The notes under the pieces were generated by a model that was given only the letters and a program-made list of their open reading frames with translations, was not told the origin of the DNA and did not search any database. From Desulfosoma sp. (lineage in GTDB: Bacteria > Desulfobacterota > Syntrophobacteria > Syntrophobacterales > DSM-9756), in contig JBBFKW010000018.1 of NCBI GenBank assembly GCA_037481835.1, forward strand, positions 1-49,221: a DNA stretch of 49,221 nt. The letters are read 5' to 3'. Both the position numbers and the translations under genes were made by a program. Positions 9,433 to 20,062 of the stretch are shown here, piece after piece. Position 1 is the stretch's first letter. Every line of letters begins with the position of its first letter.

Positions 9433-10259
9433 GGGACAGGGATAAATCCCTGAGCCTCGATGATCGCCCTTCCCTCCGGACTGTAAAGGGTATCGAGAAA
9501 AGCCTTGACCAGCGCGGAGGGTTCCCCTTTCGTGTTGCTGTAGAGGCCCCTGGAGACCGCATAGGTGCCGTTACGCACCGTTTCCACGCTGGGGGTCACC
9601 CCGTCCAGGGTCACGGCAGCCACCGAGGCGTCCATGTGGCCGACCGACATGTATCCGATGGCCCCCGGATCCGTGGCCACGGCCGTCTTCATGGCCCCAT
9701 TGGAAGGCACCACGTCGGCCGTTGCCGCCACAGGTCCTTTTTTGAGCGCTTTTTCCCAGAAAACTTCCCGGGTGCCGCTTGCCTCATCGCGCGTGAAGAC
9801 GTGGATGGCCTTGTCCGGGCCGCCCACTTCTTTCCAGTTGGTCACAGTTCCAGCGAAAATGGCTTGGACCTGCTGCAGGGACAAAGATTTCACCGGATTT
9901 TGAGGATGGACCACCACGGCGACGCCGTCCAAAGCCCACTGGTGCACCTTCAAGTTGTAGGCGGCGATTTCCTCATCGGTGGGTTTTCTCCCGGAGTTTC
10001 CAATGTCCACGAGCCCTTCGCCCACTTGCTTGATCCCGACCCCGGATCCGCCGCCGGCAATGGTGATGCGAACGCCGGGGTGGCGGGTCATGATCTCCTT
10101 GGCCAAGGCCTGCATGACGGGAATATGGGCCGTACCTCCGGAAATCTTGATGGTGCCTTCCTTGCCCTGAAAGGCGTCGTAAGCTCCGGCGAAAACCTCC
10201 CCTGCAGGCAGGCACAGCGCGACGCACAAGATCGTGAAGAGCCATGTCCGTGTTTTCAT
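9429..10259 (-). CDS. PstS-like periplasmic oxyanion-binding protein
   Basis: Signal peptide, GGGSGVGIK, IGNSGR and TRDEASGTR motifs. The N-terminal motif is the atypical SGGTAH. Confidence 0.85.
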   Translation of the reverse strand: MKTRTWLFTILCVALCLPAGEVFAGAYDAFQGKEGTIKISGGTAHIPVMQALAKEIMTRHPGVRITIAGGGSGVGIKQVGEGLVDIGNSGRKPTDEEIAAYNLKVHQWALDGVAVVVHPQNPVKSLSLQQVQAIFAGTVTNWKEVGGPDKAIHVFTRDEASGTREVFWEKALKKGPVAATADVVPSNGAMKTAVATDPGAIGYMSVGHMDASVAAVTLDGVTPSVETVRNGTYAVSRGLYSNTKGEPSALVKAFLDTLYSPEGRAIIEAQGFIPVP

Positions 10260-10337
10260 GGGTTTCCTCCCGTAAATTCTTTTGTCTTCCAGAACCGAAC
10301 CGCGGATGCCCCGGGCCTTCGCCTGTCCCGGTCGCCG

Positions 10338-11117
10338 TCACGCCCCTTGGGCCGAAGAAATGGACCGTGCGGCCAGCAAGGCCGCTCCCAGAGCCCCTAG
10401 AACATCGGGGTTTTCGGCGGCCAGGAATCCGTCTCCCACGGCTTCCACCAGGAGTCGGCGCATGCAACGGTTATGGGCGACACCTCCGGCGAAAATGACC
10501 GGCTTTTCCAGGCCCACCCGGCGCAGCATGGCCAAAACCCTCTGGGCGATGGCGGCGTGCAGGCCCATGGCGATATTTTGGGCCTTTTCCCCGCGGGCCA
10601 TGAGGGACGTGGCTTCCGATTCGGCGAAAACCGTGCACATGCTGTTGATCTGGACGCGCTTGTCGGCCCCTAGGGCATAATCGCCGAAATCTTCCAGCGG
10701 GACTTGGAGGGCCGTGGCCATGAATTCCAGGAATTTTCCCGTGCCCGCGGCGCACCGGTCGTTCATTTCAAAGCGCAGGACCTTTCCCGACGCGTTCAGG
10801 GCGATGACCTTCGTGTCTTGACCGCCGATGTCCAAAACGGTGCGCGCCTCAGGGTAAAGGAAGTGGGCGCCGAGGGCGTAAGCCTGAATTTCGGTAACCG
10901 TGTCCACGCGCAGGTGCGCGAAGGTCTCCGCCACCAGCTTCCTTCCGTACCCCGTGGCCATCACGGGCACCCCGTCCGCATCGGCCAGGAGCCGGCGGCA
11001 TTGCCCGATGGGGTCGAAGGTGGTGGGCACCTTGGTCCAAGACCACAGGCCGGTTGCCGGATCCAAGACCACCCTCTCGATGGAACGGCTCCCCACATCT
11101 AGGCCGATGGTGTGCAT
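10338..11117 (-). CDS. ASKHA-family ATP-dependent activase (HgdC/DCCP-reductase type)
   Basis: IGLDVGS, LDIGGQDTK, MNDRCAAGTG, INSMCTVFAESE and FAGGVA motifs. Start is 11117 or 11132. Confidence 0.9.
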   Translation of the reverse strand: MHTIGLDVGSRSIERVVLDPATGLWSWTKVPTTFDPIGQCRRLLADADGVPVMATGYGRKLVAETFAHLRVDTVTEIQAYALGAHFLYPEARTVLDIGGQDTKVIALNASGKVLRFEMNDRCAAGTGKFLEFMATALQVPLEDFGDYALGADKRVQINSMCTVFAESEATSLMARGEKAQNIAMGLHAAIAQRVLAMLRRVGLEKPVIFAGGVAHNRCMRRLLVEAVGDGFLAAENPDVLGALGAALLAARSISSAQGA

Positions 11118-11143
11118 CGCTTCGCGTCTCATGCCCCAAAAGG

Positions 11144-12415
11144 TCAGCGGATCATTTCAATGAAGGCTTCCACCCGGGTCTTGAGCTGTTCCACATCCTC
11201 CATGCTGTAGTCCGTTTCGATGGCCAGCATGGGGATGCCCGCCTCGCGCAGAGCCCTTTCCACCTTGAAGCTTTCGATGCCATAGGGTTGGCAAAAAGAC
11301 AGACCGTAATGAATGACGCCCTTGACCTTGAGGTCCCGGGCCATGGCCACGATGTGTTCCAGCCTTTCCCGGTTGGGGGTGAAACACGCGCAATCGATGC
11401 GCATGTAGCGATCCACCAGGGCGTCCAACATGGCATCCAACGCCTGCCCTTCTTCGTCCACCAAATCCCGGGTGTTACGAGTGCCCACGCAGGATTCTTC
11501 GCCCACGACCACGGCTCCCGAGGATTCGATGATGTAAGGCAGTTTCCAGTTGGGAATGGCCATGGGACACCCGGAAAGCATGACCCTTTGAGCGCCGTCC
11601 ACCACGCCTTCCCCTCGGGCGATCTTCTGTTCCAATTCATCGCACAGTTCGGAAATCTTTTGGGTGAACCGCGCAGGATCGTCGTAAAAGCTCACCTGAT
11701 TGATGAGCAAAACGTCCCGGCCGGAAATGGGGGTCGGTTCGGCGGCACGCAACCGGTTGAGGCGTTGGAGGACGCGGCGGCGGTCATTGATGAGGCGTAT
11801 GGCCTTTTTCAGGCTTTCCGCCGTGATGGTGCGCCCGGTGAGGTTTTCGATCGTCTCTTTGAAGCGAAGGATTTCGGCTTTCCACAGATCCCGGTCGCAG
11901 GCCTGCTTCATCTGCGGGATTTCCATGACGTAGACCGGCGCATAGTCGGCGAAAATCTCGTAGGCCTTTTTCTTGCCGTCGCACGTGGTCTCCCCCACGA
12001 TAAGATCGCAGGATTCAAAAAAAGGGCAGAGCCGGGACAGCTTGAACCCGACGAACGACTTGATGAGGGCGCACGTGTTTCGCGGCAGGATCTTTTCCGC
12101 CTTGTCAAAACCCGCTTCCGCCCCGGCGCACAGGCCCACTTGAATGGCATCCGCCGCATAGACCAGTTCTTCAGGGACAAAAACGCAAAAGGTGCCCACC
12201 ACTTTCCGCCCCTGGGCCTTCGCTTCTTGAAGCTCCTTAATGCGCAGGCCGTGGATTTCCGACAGGACGAAATCGAGGTACTCCATGCCTCGAAGCCGCT
12301 TGTCCTGGCTCAGGTATATGTCCCCATAGAACTTGCCCAAGACTTCCAGAAGGCCCGCATGGGCGTCCAGGTCCAAATTGAGCTTTTCCCACATGGCTTC
12401 ATAGGATCCGGCCAT
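11144..12415 (-). CDS. Double-cubane cluster protein (DCCP; 2-hydroxyacyl-CoA dehydratase fold)
   Basis: 423 aa. Cys77 (GTFC), 115 (RNTC), 145 (ETTC), 309 (EESC), 342 (DCAC) and 375 (SFC) fit the six-Cys DCCP spacing as I recall it. Adjacent to the activase gene. Confidence 0.85.
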   Translation of the reverse strand: MAGSYEAMWEKLNLDLDAHAGLLEVLGKFYGDIYLSQDKRLRGMEYLDFVLSEIHGLRIKELQEAKAQGRKVVGTFCVFVPEELVYAADAIQVGLCAGAEAGFDKAEKILPRNTCALIKSFVGFKLSRLCPFFESCDLIVGETTCDGKKKAYEIFADYAPVYVMEIPQMKQACDRDLWKAEILRFKETIENLTGRTITAESLKKAIRLINDRRRVLQRLNRLRAAEPTPISGRDVLLINQVSFYDDPARFTQKISELCDELEQKIARGEGVVDGAQRVMLSGCPMAIPNWKLPYIIESSGAVVVGEESCVGTRNTRDLVDEEGQALDAMLDALVDRYMRIDCACFTPNRERLEHIVAMARDLKVKGVIHYGLSFCQPYGIESFKVERALREAGIPMLAIETDYSMEDVEQLKTRVEAFIEMIR

Positions 12416-12536
12416 CGACGATCTCCTTTCTCATTCACATGAGGTGACGGGGAACTTTCAAAGACTCAAGTTTTCTTCTAGGAAAACGGATTGCCGGAAG
12501 GCAAATAGGAAAGGGCGAGCCACGGTGATCTCATCC

Positions 12537-12551
12537 ATCGGAAGATCCGAT
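12537..12551. promoter_or_regulatory. Putative operator palindrome ATCGGA-N3-TCCGAT (ATC-N9-GAT, LysR-like)
   Basis: Perfect 6-bp inverted repeat 122 bp upstream of the DCCP start. Confidence 0.45.
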
Positions 12552-12566
12552 AGCTTATAAAAAAGC

Positions 12567-12819
12567 CACGGTCGGAATCGGGTAGGCAGGACTTTCTGGG
12601 TTTGTTGTCTCGCCGGATGCGGATCTGGGTTGGGGTTCGCTTCGCTCACCCCAACCTACGAGTTTCTTCAAGGATGTTGGCCGGCGAATGGAATATGTAG
12701 GTTGGGGTGAGCGCAGCGAACCCCAACAAAAATCTTTTCTATGAAAGTCTCAGCAACACACCCTGACCACAAGACTTTCATCCTTCGCCGCCGCGGCCCG
12801 TTTGTGATGGGGGTTTATC
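12567..12819 (-). repeat. Composite REP-doublet element, copy 1 (inverted, shorter)
   Basis: REP copies at 12629-12659(-) and 12697-12727(+). The flanks are reverse-complement homologous to 29342-29670 and 32821-33147. Confidence 0.8.
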
Positions 12820-12967
12820 GAAAAATGGGGGCTCGGCGGGGTGGACATATGGGGTGCCCGTGAGGGCTTTTGGGGCAGGATCCGGCCGAGGCGGGAGCCC
12901 CAAAAGGCGCGCTGGTGCGAGCGCGCACCTCGTGGGGGGAAGGTGGGGCCTCTTTAGGCCCCAAAGG

Positions 12968-13423
12968 TTAGAACTTCACGGTCTTGATGATGGATTCGTA
13001 TTCTTTGACTTCTTCCGGGGTGAGTTCCCGCCGCAGCAGCCTCTTGTTCACCAGGATGGGGCATCGTTCGTGGAGGGCCAAGGCGACGGCGTCGCTCGGG
13101 CGGCTGTCGAAGATGACTTCCTCGTCGCCGATCCGGGCGATGATGCGGGCGTAGTAGGTGTTTTCCTTCATGGTGTAGATTTCCACCCGCTCAAACTGCA
13201 CGCCGGCCCGCTGCAAAATGGTGAGGTAGGTGTCGTGGGTCAGGGGCCGCTTGGGTTCCACAAAACCCTTTTCCTTGGCGATGGCCGTGATTTCGCTGTC
13301 CCCGACGAACATGAGAAAATACTGGGTGGCGTCTTCCGATTCCTTCAGGATGACCATATTGCCCTGCTGGCGGTCCGTCTTGATGTAGACCTCGTTGGCG
13401 ACGATAAAGTCCTGATTTTCCAT
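12968..13423 (-). CDS. Bifunctional nuclease (DUF151/BFN) family protein
   Basis: PKRPLTHD, TYYARI and DSRPSDAVALAL motifs. SD GGAGGTG precedes ATG 13423. Confidence 0.88.
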   Translation of the reverse strand: MENQDFIVANEVYIKTDRQQGNMVILKESEDATQYFLMFVGDSEITAIAKEKGFVEPKRPLTHDTYLTILQRAGVQFERVEIYTMKENTYYARIIARIGDEEVIFDSRPSDAVALALHERCPILVNKRLLRRELTPEEVKEYESIIKTVKF

Positions 13424-13694
13424 GAGTTCACCTCCAGACGTGTGCGCTGCCGATTGGGGCGTTGCTGACCATTGCAGTGCATTATACCCAAACGGTTTGA
13501 TTTTTCCATCAAGCCTCTCCATTCCCGCGCCCATGGCGTGGAGCTTGTGGATTCATCCCGGCTTTACCCCGGGGGGATTCCCAATCCGGAGGAGCGGGCT
13601 TTGCGATTGCCCAGTCACAGCCCCAAGGGCACAGATCATTGAGGCTCATCTTCGCGAACATCTCTTTCGGGCCCCGGGCTCTTTTGCGCTCAAG

Positions 13695-13723
13695 TTGACA
13701 ACCCCAATGATCGATCCTATAAA
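13695..13723 (+). promoter_or_regulatory. Sigma70-like promoter
   Basis: TTGACA-17 nt-TATAAA upstream of the NifB/NifX-family gene. Confidence 0.65.
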
Positions 13724-13799
13724 AGCGGCGCTGATCGGTTCATGGCATGCAGCGCATCCCCATGAAGACTTTCTCGGAGATCCAAGGAGGAAGAAAAGC

Positions 13800-14180
13800 A
13801 TGAGAATCTGTTTTCCCGCAGCGCACCTCAGTGGCCTCGACAGCGAGGTTTTCGGTCATTTCGGATCGGCCCCGGGCTTTGTCATCGTGGATACGGAATC
13901 CGGGGCTGTGGAAGAGGTTTCCAACGGCGATCTGCACCATGCCCACGGCATGTGCCAGCCCCTCAAGGCCCTGGGAGGGCGATCCGTGGACGGCATCGTG
14001 GTGGGCGGGATCGGCATGGGCGCCTTGATGAAGCTCCAAGCCCAGGGCATCACTGTTTACCGAGCCATGGAAGGGTCTGTGAAGGAGAATCTGGACCTGT
14101 GGCGGCAGGGCAAGCTTCCGGTGTTTTCCACGGAATGGACCTGCGCCGGCCATCACCACGGCGGCGGCTGCGCCCACTGA
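13800..14180 (+). CDS. NifB/NifX-family (dinitrogenase Fe-Mo cofactor domain) protein
   Basis: VFGHFGSAPGF, CQP and VGGIGMGA motifs, with a His/Cys-rich tail. SD AAGGAGG precedes ATG 13800. Confidence 0.85.
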   Translation: MRICFPAAHLSGLDSEVFGHFGSAPGFVIVDTESGAVEEVSNGDLHHAHGMCQPLKALGGRSVDGIVVGGIGMGALMKLQAQGITVYRAMEGSVKENLDLWRQGKLPVFSTEWTCAGHHHGGGCAH

Positions 14181-14199
14181 GCGGACGGGAAGGTGCGTC

Positions 14200-14451
14200 A
14201 TGCCCATTTACGAGTACGTGTGCACCCAATGCGGTCGGGTGTCGGAGCATTTGGTTTTCGGAAAAGACGAGGCGGTGTCGTGTCCCGGCTGCGGCGGCGG
14301 TTCCATGAGGAAACTTCTTTCCGCATCCTCGACGGCCTCGGGGGTGAAGGGGGCTCATCGGGTTCCCGGAGCCGGGGATACGGGCTGCTGCGGGACGAGC
14401 CCCGCCTCCCAAGGCTGTGTTCCCGGATCCTGTTGCGGCAAGGCGCCGTAA
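14200..14451 (+). CDS. FmdB-family zinc ribbon protein
   Basis: MPIYEYVCTQCG...CPGCG...KLLS, with a Cys-rich tail. Confidence 0.88.
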   Translation: MPIYEYVCTQCGRVSEHLVFGKDEAVSCPGCGGGSMRKLLSASSTASGVKGAHRVPGAGDTGCCGTSPASQGCVPGSCCGKAP

Positions 14452-14669
14452 GCGCCTCCCGGCCTTGTAGCCCGGCGAGGCTTCCCCCCATCACGCCGAG
14501 GATAGAGAGCCTGGGCCAGTCCTTCAGGGTCATTGGGGCGCCAGCTTCAGCATCGACGGGGCCGAGCGGTGTGTCGCACCCCGGAAAGCACTGGGGAAGC
14601 AAGTGCCTTTGGGGGAGGGACGGGGTTTATCCCCGTCCTCGAAATTCTGGGGCACGACCGCTTCTCCTT

Positions 14670-14689
14670 GAAGGCCCTCTTCGGGCCTT

Positions 14690-14690
<1 letters not shown>
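14670..14690. terminator. Hairpin between convergent genes
   Basis: GAAGGCC-CTCTTCG-GGCCTTC directly after the cysS stop. Weak U-tract. Confidence 0.35.
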
Positions 14691-16170
<1,480 letters not shown>

Positions 16171-16174
<4 letters not shown>

Positions 16175-16671
16175 GAAGCGGCTCCTTGTTGCCTGTGGAG
16201 CAGGGCGACGGCGCAGGCGGCGATGCCTTCCTGGCGGCCGACGAATCCCAGCCCCTCGGTGGTGGTCGCTTTCACGCTCACCGCGTCTTCGGCCACTTCC
16301 AGAATCCGGGCGAGCGTGCGGCGCATGGGCAGGATGTACGGGGCGATCTTGGGCTTTTGGGCTAAAACGGTCACATCCACATTGACGATGCCGTAGCCGG
16401 CCTGGCGGATCAGGTCGCGCACCGCCCCGAGCAGCACCAGGCTGGAAACACCGCGATATTGCGAATCCGAATCGGGAAAATGGATGCCGATATCCCCCAA
16501 GGCCGCGGCCCCGAGCAGTGCATCGCACAGGGCGTGGCACAACACGTCGGCGTCGGAATGGCCGAGAAGGCCGCGATCAAAGGGAATGGTCACACCGCCG
16601 AGAACCAGGGGACGGCCTTCCGCGAAGGCGTGGACGTCCCAGCCCATGCCGATGCGAAGGTTCATTGTCAT
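16171..16671 (-). CDS. ispF: 2-C-methyl-D-erythritol 2,4-cyclodiphosphate synthase
   Basis: RIGMGWDVH, GHSDADV and KATTTEGLG motifs. Confidence 0.96.
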
Positions 16672-17411
16672 GAGCCGTCCTTTTTGTGGGGCTGGGCCGC
16701 ACCTTCCCTTTCGGAAGTTTCCAGGGTCCATGAAGCCCAGCGGAGGTCGTCCGGCGTGGTGATCTTGATGTTGGTCTTTTCCCCCTCGATGACGGCCACG
16801 CGGACACCCAAGCGCTCCACCAAGGACGCGTCGTCGGTGGCTTCCCACCCTTTCGCCTCGGCCGTGCGAAAGGCGTCTTCCAAGAGGTCCCGCCGAAACA
16901 CCTGAGGGGTCTGCACCAACCACACCTGGTCGCGAGGCATGGTGGCCCGCACCCATCCGTCTTGGACCACTTTGACGGTTTCCACCGCCCGACAGGCGCA
17001 GACGGCGGCGCCGCACCGAAGTGCGGCTTCATAGGTCCTTGCGAAAAGGTCGGCGGAAGCGAATGGGCGAACGCCGTCATGGATGAGCACCCACCGGCAC
17101 GTCTCGGGAAGAGCCTTCATGCCGGCCAGAACGCTATCCTGGCGACGGGCCCCGCCAGCGACAACCGTGACGGGCGGATGGTCGGGCAAGGATTTGAGAA
17201 GAGCCGTGACGGCCGACACGGCCTCCGCCGGCACGACGGCGATAATGCCTTCCAAAAAGGCAAGGGTGCCCAGCCGTTCCAAGGTCCAGAGCAGAAGGGG
17301 TTTTCCGTGGAGCGGGTGGAATTGCTTGGGGTGGGGCAATCCCATGCGAACCCCGGATCCGGCGGCCGGCACCACGGCGAAGGTTTGATCGTTGGAAACA
17401 CAGCCCGTCAC
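16668..17411 (-). CDS. ispD: 2-C-methyl-D-erythritol 4-phosphate cytidylyltransferase
   Basis: AAGSGVRM..PKQF, GGARRQDSV, IHDGVRP, QTPQVF and NIKITTPDD motifs. The start (GTG 17411) is approximate. Confidence 0.93.
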   Translation of the reverse strand: MTGCVSNDQTFAVVPAAGSGVRMGLPHPKQFHPLHGKPLLLWTLERLGTLAFLEGIIAVVPAEAVSAVTALLKSLPDHPPVTVVAGGARRQDSVLAGMKALPETCRWVLIHDGVRPFASADLFARTYEAALRCGAAVCACRAVETVKVVQDGWVRATMPRDQVWLVQTPQVFRRDLLEDAFRTAEAKGWEATDDASLVERLGVRVAVIEGEKTNIKITTPDDLRWASWTLETSEREGAAQPHKKDGS

Positions 17412-17485
17412 GACCGTTCCATCATTGGGAGCACCTGAAGGTTTTGGGGGAAGATGGGGCGTGAAGCCCATCGGCGATTCCGGGA

Positions 17486-17904
17486 GGATGTGGAGGCGCC
17501 CATAAGCCGGGTTCTGTGCCTCCCCGAAAAGGGAGGTCCCGATCATTCCTCTAGGCCCCCCGTTGCCGAGGGGCTCAAGCAGCCGACCCGGGAGCCTCGG
17601 GCGGGCAACCCTCAAACGCTCCCCTACTTGGCCTTGCTCCGGGTGGGGTTTACCGAGCTCCCGGTGTCACCACCGGGACTGGTGAGCTCTTACCTCACCG
17701 TTTCACCCTTACCGAGCACTCACGTCGCCGTCGCGCCGCCCCGGGGCGGCCAGCCGGCGCAGTGAGTGCTCGGCGGTTTGCTTTCTGTGGCACTATCCTG
17801 CTCGTCACCGAGACTGGGCGTTACCCAGCACCCTGCCCTGCGGAGCCCGGACTTTCCTCCCGTTCCTCAACGGAACCGGCGATCGGGTGAGCGCCTCCAC
17901 ATCC
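17486..17904 (-). ncRNA. rnpB: RNase P RNA, bacterial type A
   Basis: Minus strand reads GAGGAAAGTCCGGGCTCC, AGTGCCACAGAAA, AGGGTGAAACGG and ACAGAACCCGGCTTA. The ends pair as a long P1 helix (GGATGTGGAGGCGC/GCGCCTCCACATCC). Confidence 0.96.
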
Positions 17905-17910
17905 GCAGTG

Positions 17911-17939
17911 AAGGTATCCAAAAACGGGGATTTGTGCAA
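17911..17939 (-). promoter_or_regulatory. Putative rnpB promoter
   Basis: TTGCAC-17 nt-TACCTT, ending 6 nt before the P1 5' strand. Confidence 0.5.
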
Positions 17940-18048
17940 GCCGGGGTGTATGTTTCTTCCCTCAGGCCCAATTAGGGGGAGCAGCGGACGAGACGCCCCC
18001 AGGCACAAGAGGCTTCTTTGCCGTAACGTACGTTGTCCCGGCCGGCCC

Positions 18049-18447
18049 TTATTCAATCGGGCGGATGTTTTGGCGAGCCCATTGGATGAGCTGCTCGTGG
18101 GTGGTTCCCTTCGGGAAAAACTCCGCAACGCCCAATTTCTTGAGTTCCGGAATCAAGGCGTCGTCGAAAAAGCCCCCGGCCGTGACCCCGATGTTTTGGG
18201 CGTCGTGGGCCTTGAGCAGCTCCAGGACGGCGGCGAACTGATCGAGGCGCGCTTCGGGGAGGGTGGTGATGCCGATGTGGTCGACGGATTCCTGGAGCGC
18301 CGCGTTCACAATGGCTTTGGGGTCTTCCGACTCGGTGTAGATGACCTCGAATCCCGCTTCGCTGAACGCGGCGGCGAGGCGCATGAGGGCCGCCTCATAG
18401 CCCTGGCCGAACTTGGCCATGAGGATTCTCACCTTCCGCTGACCCAT
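18049..18447 (-). CDS. Stand-alone cobalamin-binding domain protein (methylmalonyl-CoA mutase C-terminal-like), lacking DxHxxG
   Basis: RILMAK..., AGFEVIY, AALQESVDHIG, AGG and LKKLGVAEFFPKGT. Confidence 0.8.
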   Translation of the reverse strand: MGQRKVRILMAKFGQGYEAALMRLAAAFSEAGFEVIYTESEDPKAIVNAALQESVDHIGITTLPEARLDQFAAVLELLKAHDAQNIGVTAGGFFDDALIPELKKLGVAEFFPKGTTHEQLIQWARQNIRPIE

Positions 18448-18645
18448 GGCTTCTCCTCCGAAAGATTCAAAAAAGGCTCTTGCAGACCTCAAGCCCGCCC
18501 ATCGGCGATGCCCCGCCCTCTTGCTCCGGCCTCATCCACGAAAGAGCCGGCACAAGGGCGTTCCCTTCGGGCTCTTCAAGGGGTTTGGGGAGCGGCGGCG
18601 GTGCGGTCCCTTCTTAACCCCGTGACGCGTGGCATCGTCTTTGGG

Positions 18646-18858
18646 TTAGTTTCCCTGGTACTTAAAGGAAATGGCCACTCGAGCTCGATAGGCCACGACC
18701 TTGCCTTCTTCGAGCTTCATGTCGAGCTTGGTAATTTCCGCGATGCGAAGATCGCGCAACGTCTTGGATGCCGTTTCCACGGCGTTTTTGGCGGCGTCTT
18801 CCCACGAAACCGTGCTCGTTCCCACCAGTTCGATGATCTTGTAGACACTTTCGGCCAT
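18646..18858 (-). CDS. Dodecin family protein
   Basis: VYKIIELVGTS..SWEDAAKNAV..A..TLRDLR. Confidence 0.92.
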   Translation of the reverse strand: MAESVYKIIELVGTSTVSWEDAAKNAVETASKTLRDLRIAEITKLDMKLEEGKVVAYRARVAISFKYQGN

Positions 18859-18999
18859 GGGATCCTCCTTTGCGACCCGGCCTCACGGACCGGCTTGGCT
18901 GATGGGCACCACATCCGCCGCCTCTGGAACCCGGGATCTTTCGTGTCCCGATGCTTGCAGAATTTATACACGGTTCGCTGTCCGTCGAACAGCACTTTG

Positions 19000-20019
19000 T
19001 CAAAACAGCGCCAATTGTCGGGAAGGGCGATAGGGACGGCCCAAATGCTCAAAGGCCAGCCGGGTGGCCACGCGGCCTCGAGGAGTCTTCTTCAAGAAGC
19101 CTTCTTGGATCAGGTAGGGTTCGTAGACTTCTTCCAGGGTGTCCTTTTCTTCGGAAACGGCCGCCGCCAGGGTTTCGATCCCCACGGGGCCGCCGTCGTA
19201 CTTGTCGATGATGGTCGAAAGGATGCGCCGGTCCATGCGGTCGAACCCGCGCTCGTCCACATCGAGCATCCTCAGGGCCATGTCCGCCACATCCCGTGTG
19301 ATGGTGCCCCGGGCCCGCACTTCCGCGAAGTCCCGAACCCGGCGAAGAAGCCTATTGGCGATGCGGGGGGTGCCCCGAGAGCGGCGCGCGATTTCGTGGG
19401 CCCCGTTTTCATCGATGGTCAAGCCCAATATCCGAGCCGATCTCAGGACGATCTCCTTCAAATCCTCCACGGGATAAAATTCAAGGCGCAGCACCACGCC
19501 GAATCGGTCGCGAAGGGGCGGGGACAGCAACCCGGCCCGCGTCGTCGCCCCGACGAGCGTGAAGGGCGGAAGGTCCAGTTTGATGGTGCGCGCCGACGGG
19601 CCTTGGCCGATGATGATGTCCAGCTGAAAGTCTTCCATGGCGGGGTAGAGGATCTCTTCCACGACGTGGTTCAGCCGGTGGATTTCGTCGATGAAAAGGA
19701 CGGATCGCGGTTCCAGGTTGGTAAGGATGGCGGCCAGATCCCCCGGCCGTTCGATGACGGGTCCTGACGTGGACCGAAAGGGGACGCCCAGTTCCCGGCT
19801 GATGATGGATGCCAGGGAGGTTTTCCCCAACCCGGGATGGCCGTGGAGGAGCACGTGATCCAGGGGTTCGTTCCTTTGCAGGGCCGCTTGGACGAAAATA
19901 GCGAGTTTTTCCTTGAGTTCCTTCTGGCCGAGGTATTCGTCGAAGGTGCGCGGCCTGAGGCCCGCCTCCAACGGGATTTCGTCGTCCTTCGGCCTCGCTT
20001 CCAGCAGTCGATCCGTCAT
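19000..20019 (-). CDS. ruvB: Holliday junction DNA helicase RuvB
   Basis: [28 protein letters not shown] and [16 protein letters not shown] motifs. Confidence 0.98.
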   Translation of the reverse strand: MTDRLLEARPKDDEIPLEAGLRPRTFDEYLGQKELKEKLAIFVQAALQRNEPLDHVLLHGHPGLGKTSLASIISRELGVPFRSTSGPVIERPGDLAAILTNLEPRSVLFIDEIHRLNHVVEEILYPAMEDFQLDIIIGQGPSARTIKLDLPPFTLVGATTRAGLLSPPLRDRFGVVLRLEFYPVEDLKEIVLRSARILGLTIDENGAHEIARRSRGTPRIANRLLRRVRDFAEVRARGTITRDVADMALRMLDVDERGFDRMDRRILSTIIDKYDGGPVGIETLAAAVSEEKDTLEEVYEPYLIQEGFLKKTPRGRVATRLAFEHLGRPYRPSRQLALF

Positions 20020-20062
20020 CGGTGGGGTTCTCCGGTCCTCAAACCCGATCCCTGCGCCTTGT

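Noticed and set aside
12458..12649. Family of small ORFs starting MSEANPN/MSAANPN (also 37154, 40568, 40686, 40964, 45748)
   Set aside because: They are translations of the REP sequence.
13800..14180. Nitrogen fixation gene
   Set aside because: Stand-alone NifB/NifX-domain proteins are common in non-diazotrophic anaerobes, and no nif genes are adjacent.
17412..17615. N-terminal extension of ispD in the ORF track
   Set aside because: It overlaps rnpB. The upstream extensions of cysS, ispF and pstA similarly overlap their neighbours.
18450..18645. Cobalamin riboswitch upstream of the B12-domain gene
   Set aside because: GC-rich hairpins are present, but no B12-box or other conserved riboswitch motifs were found.
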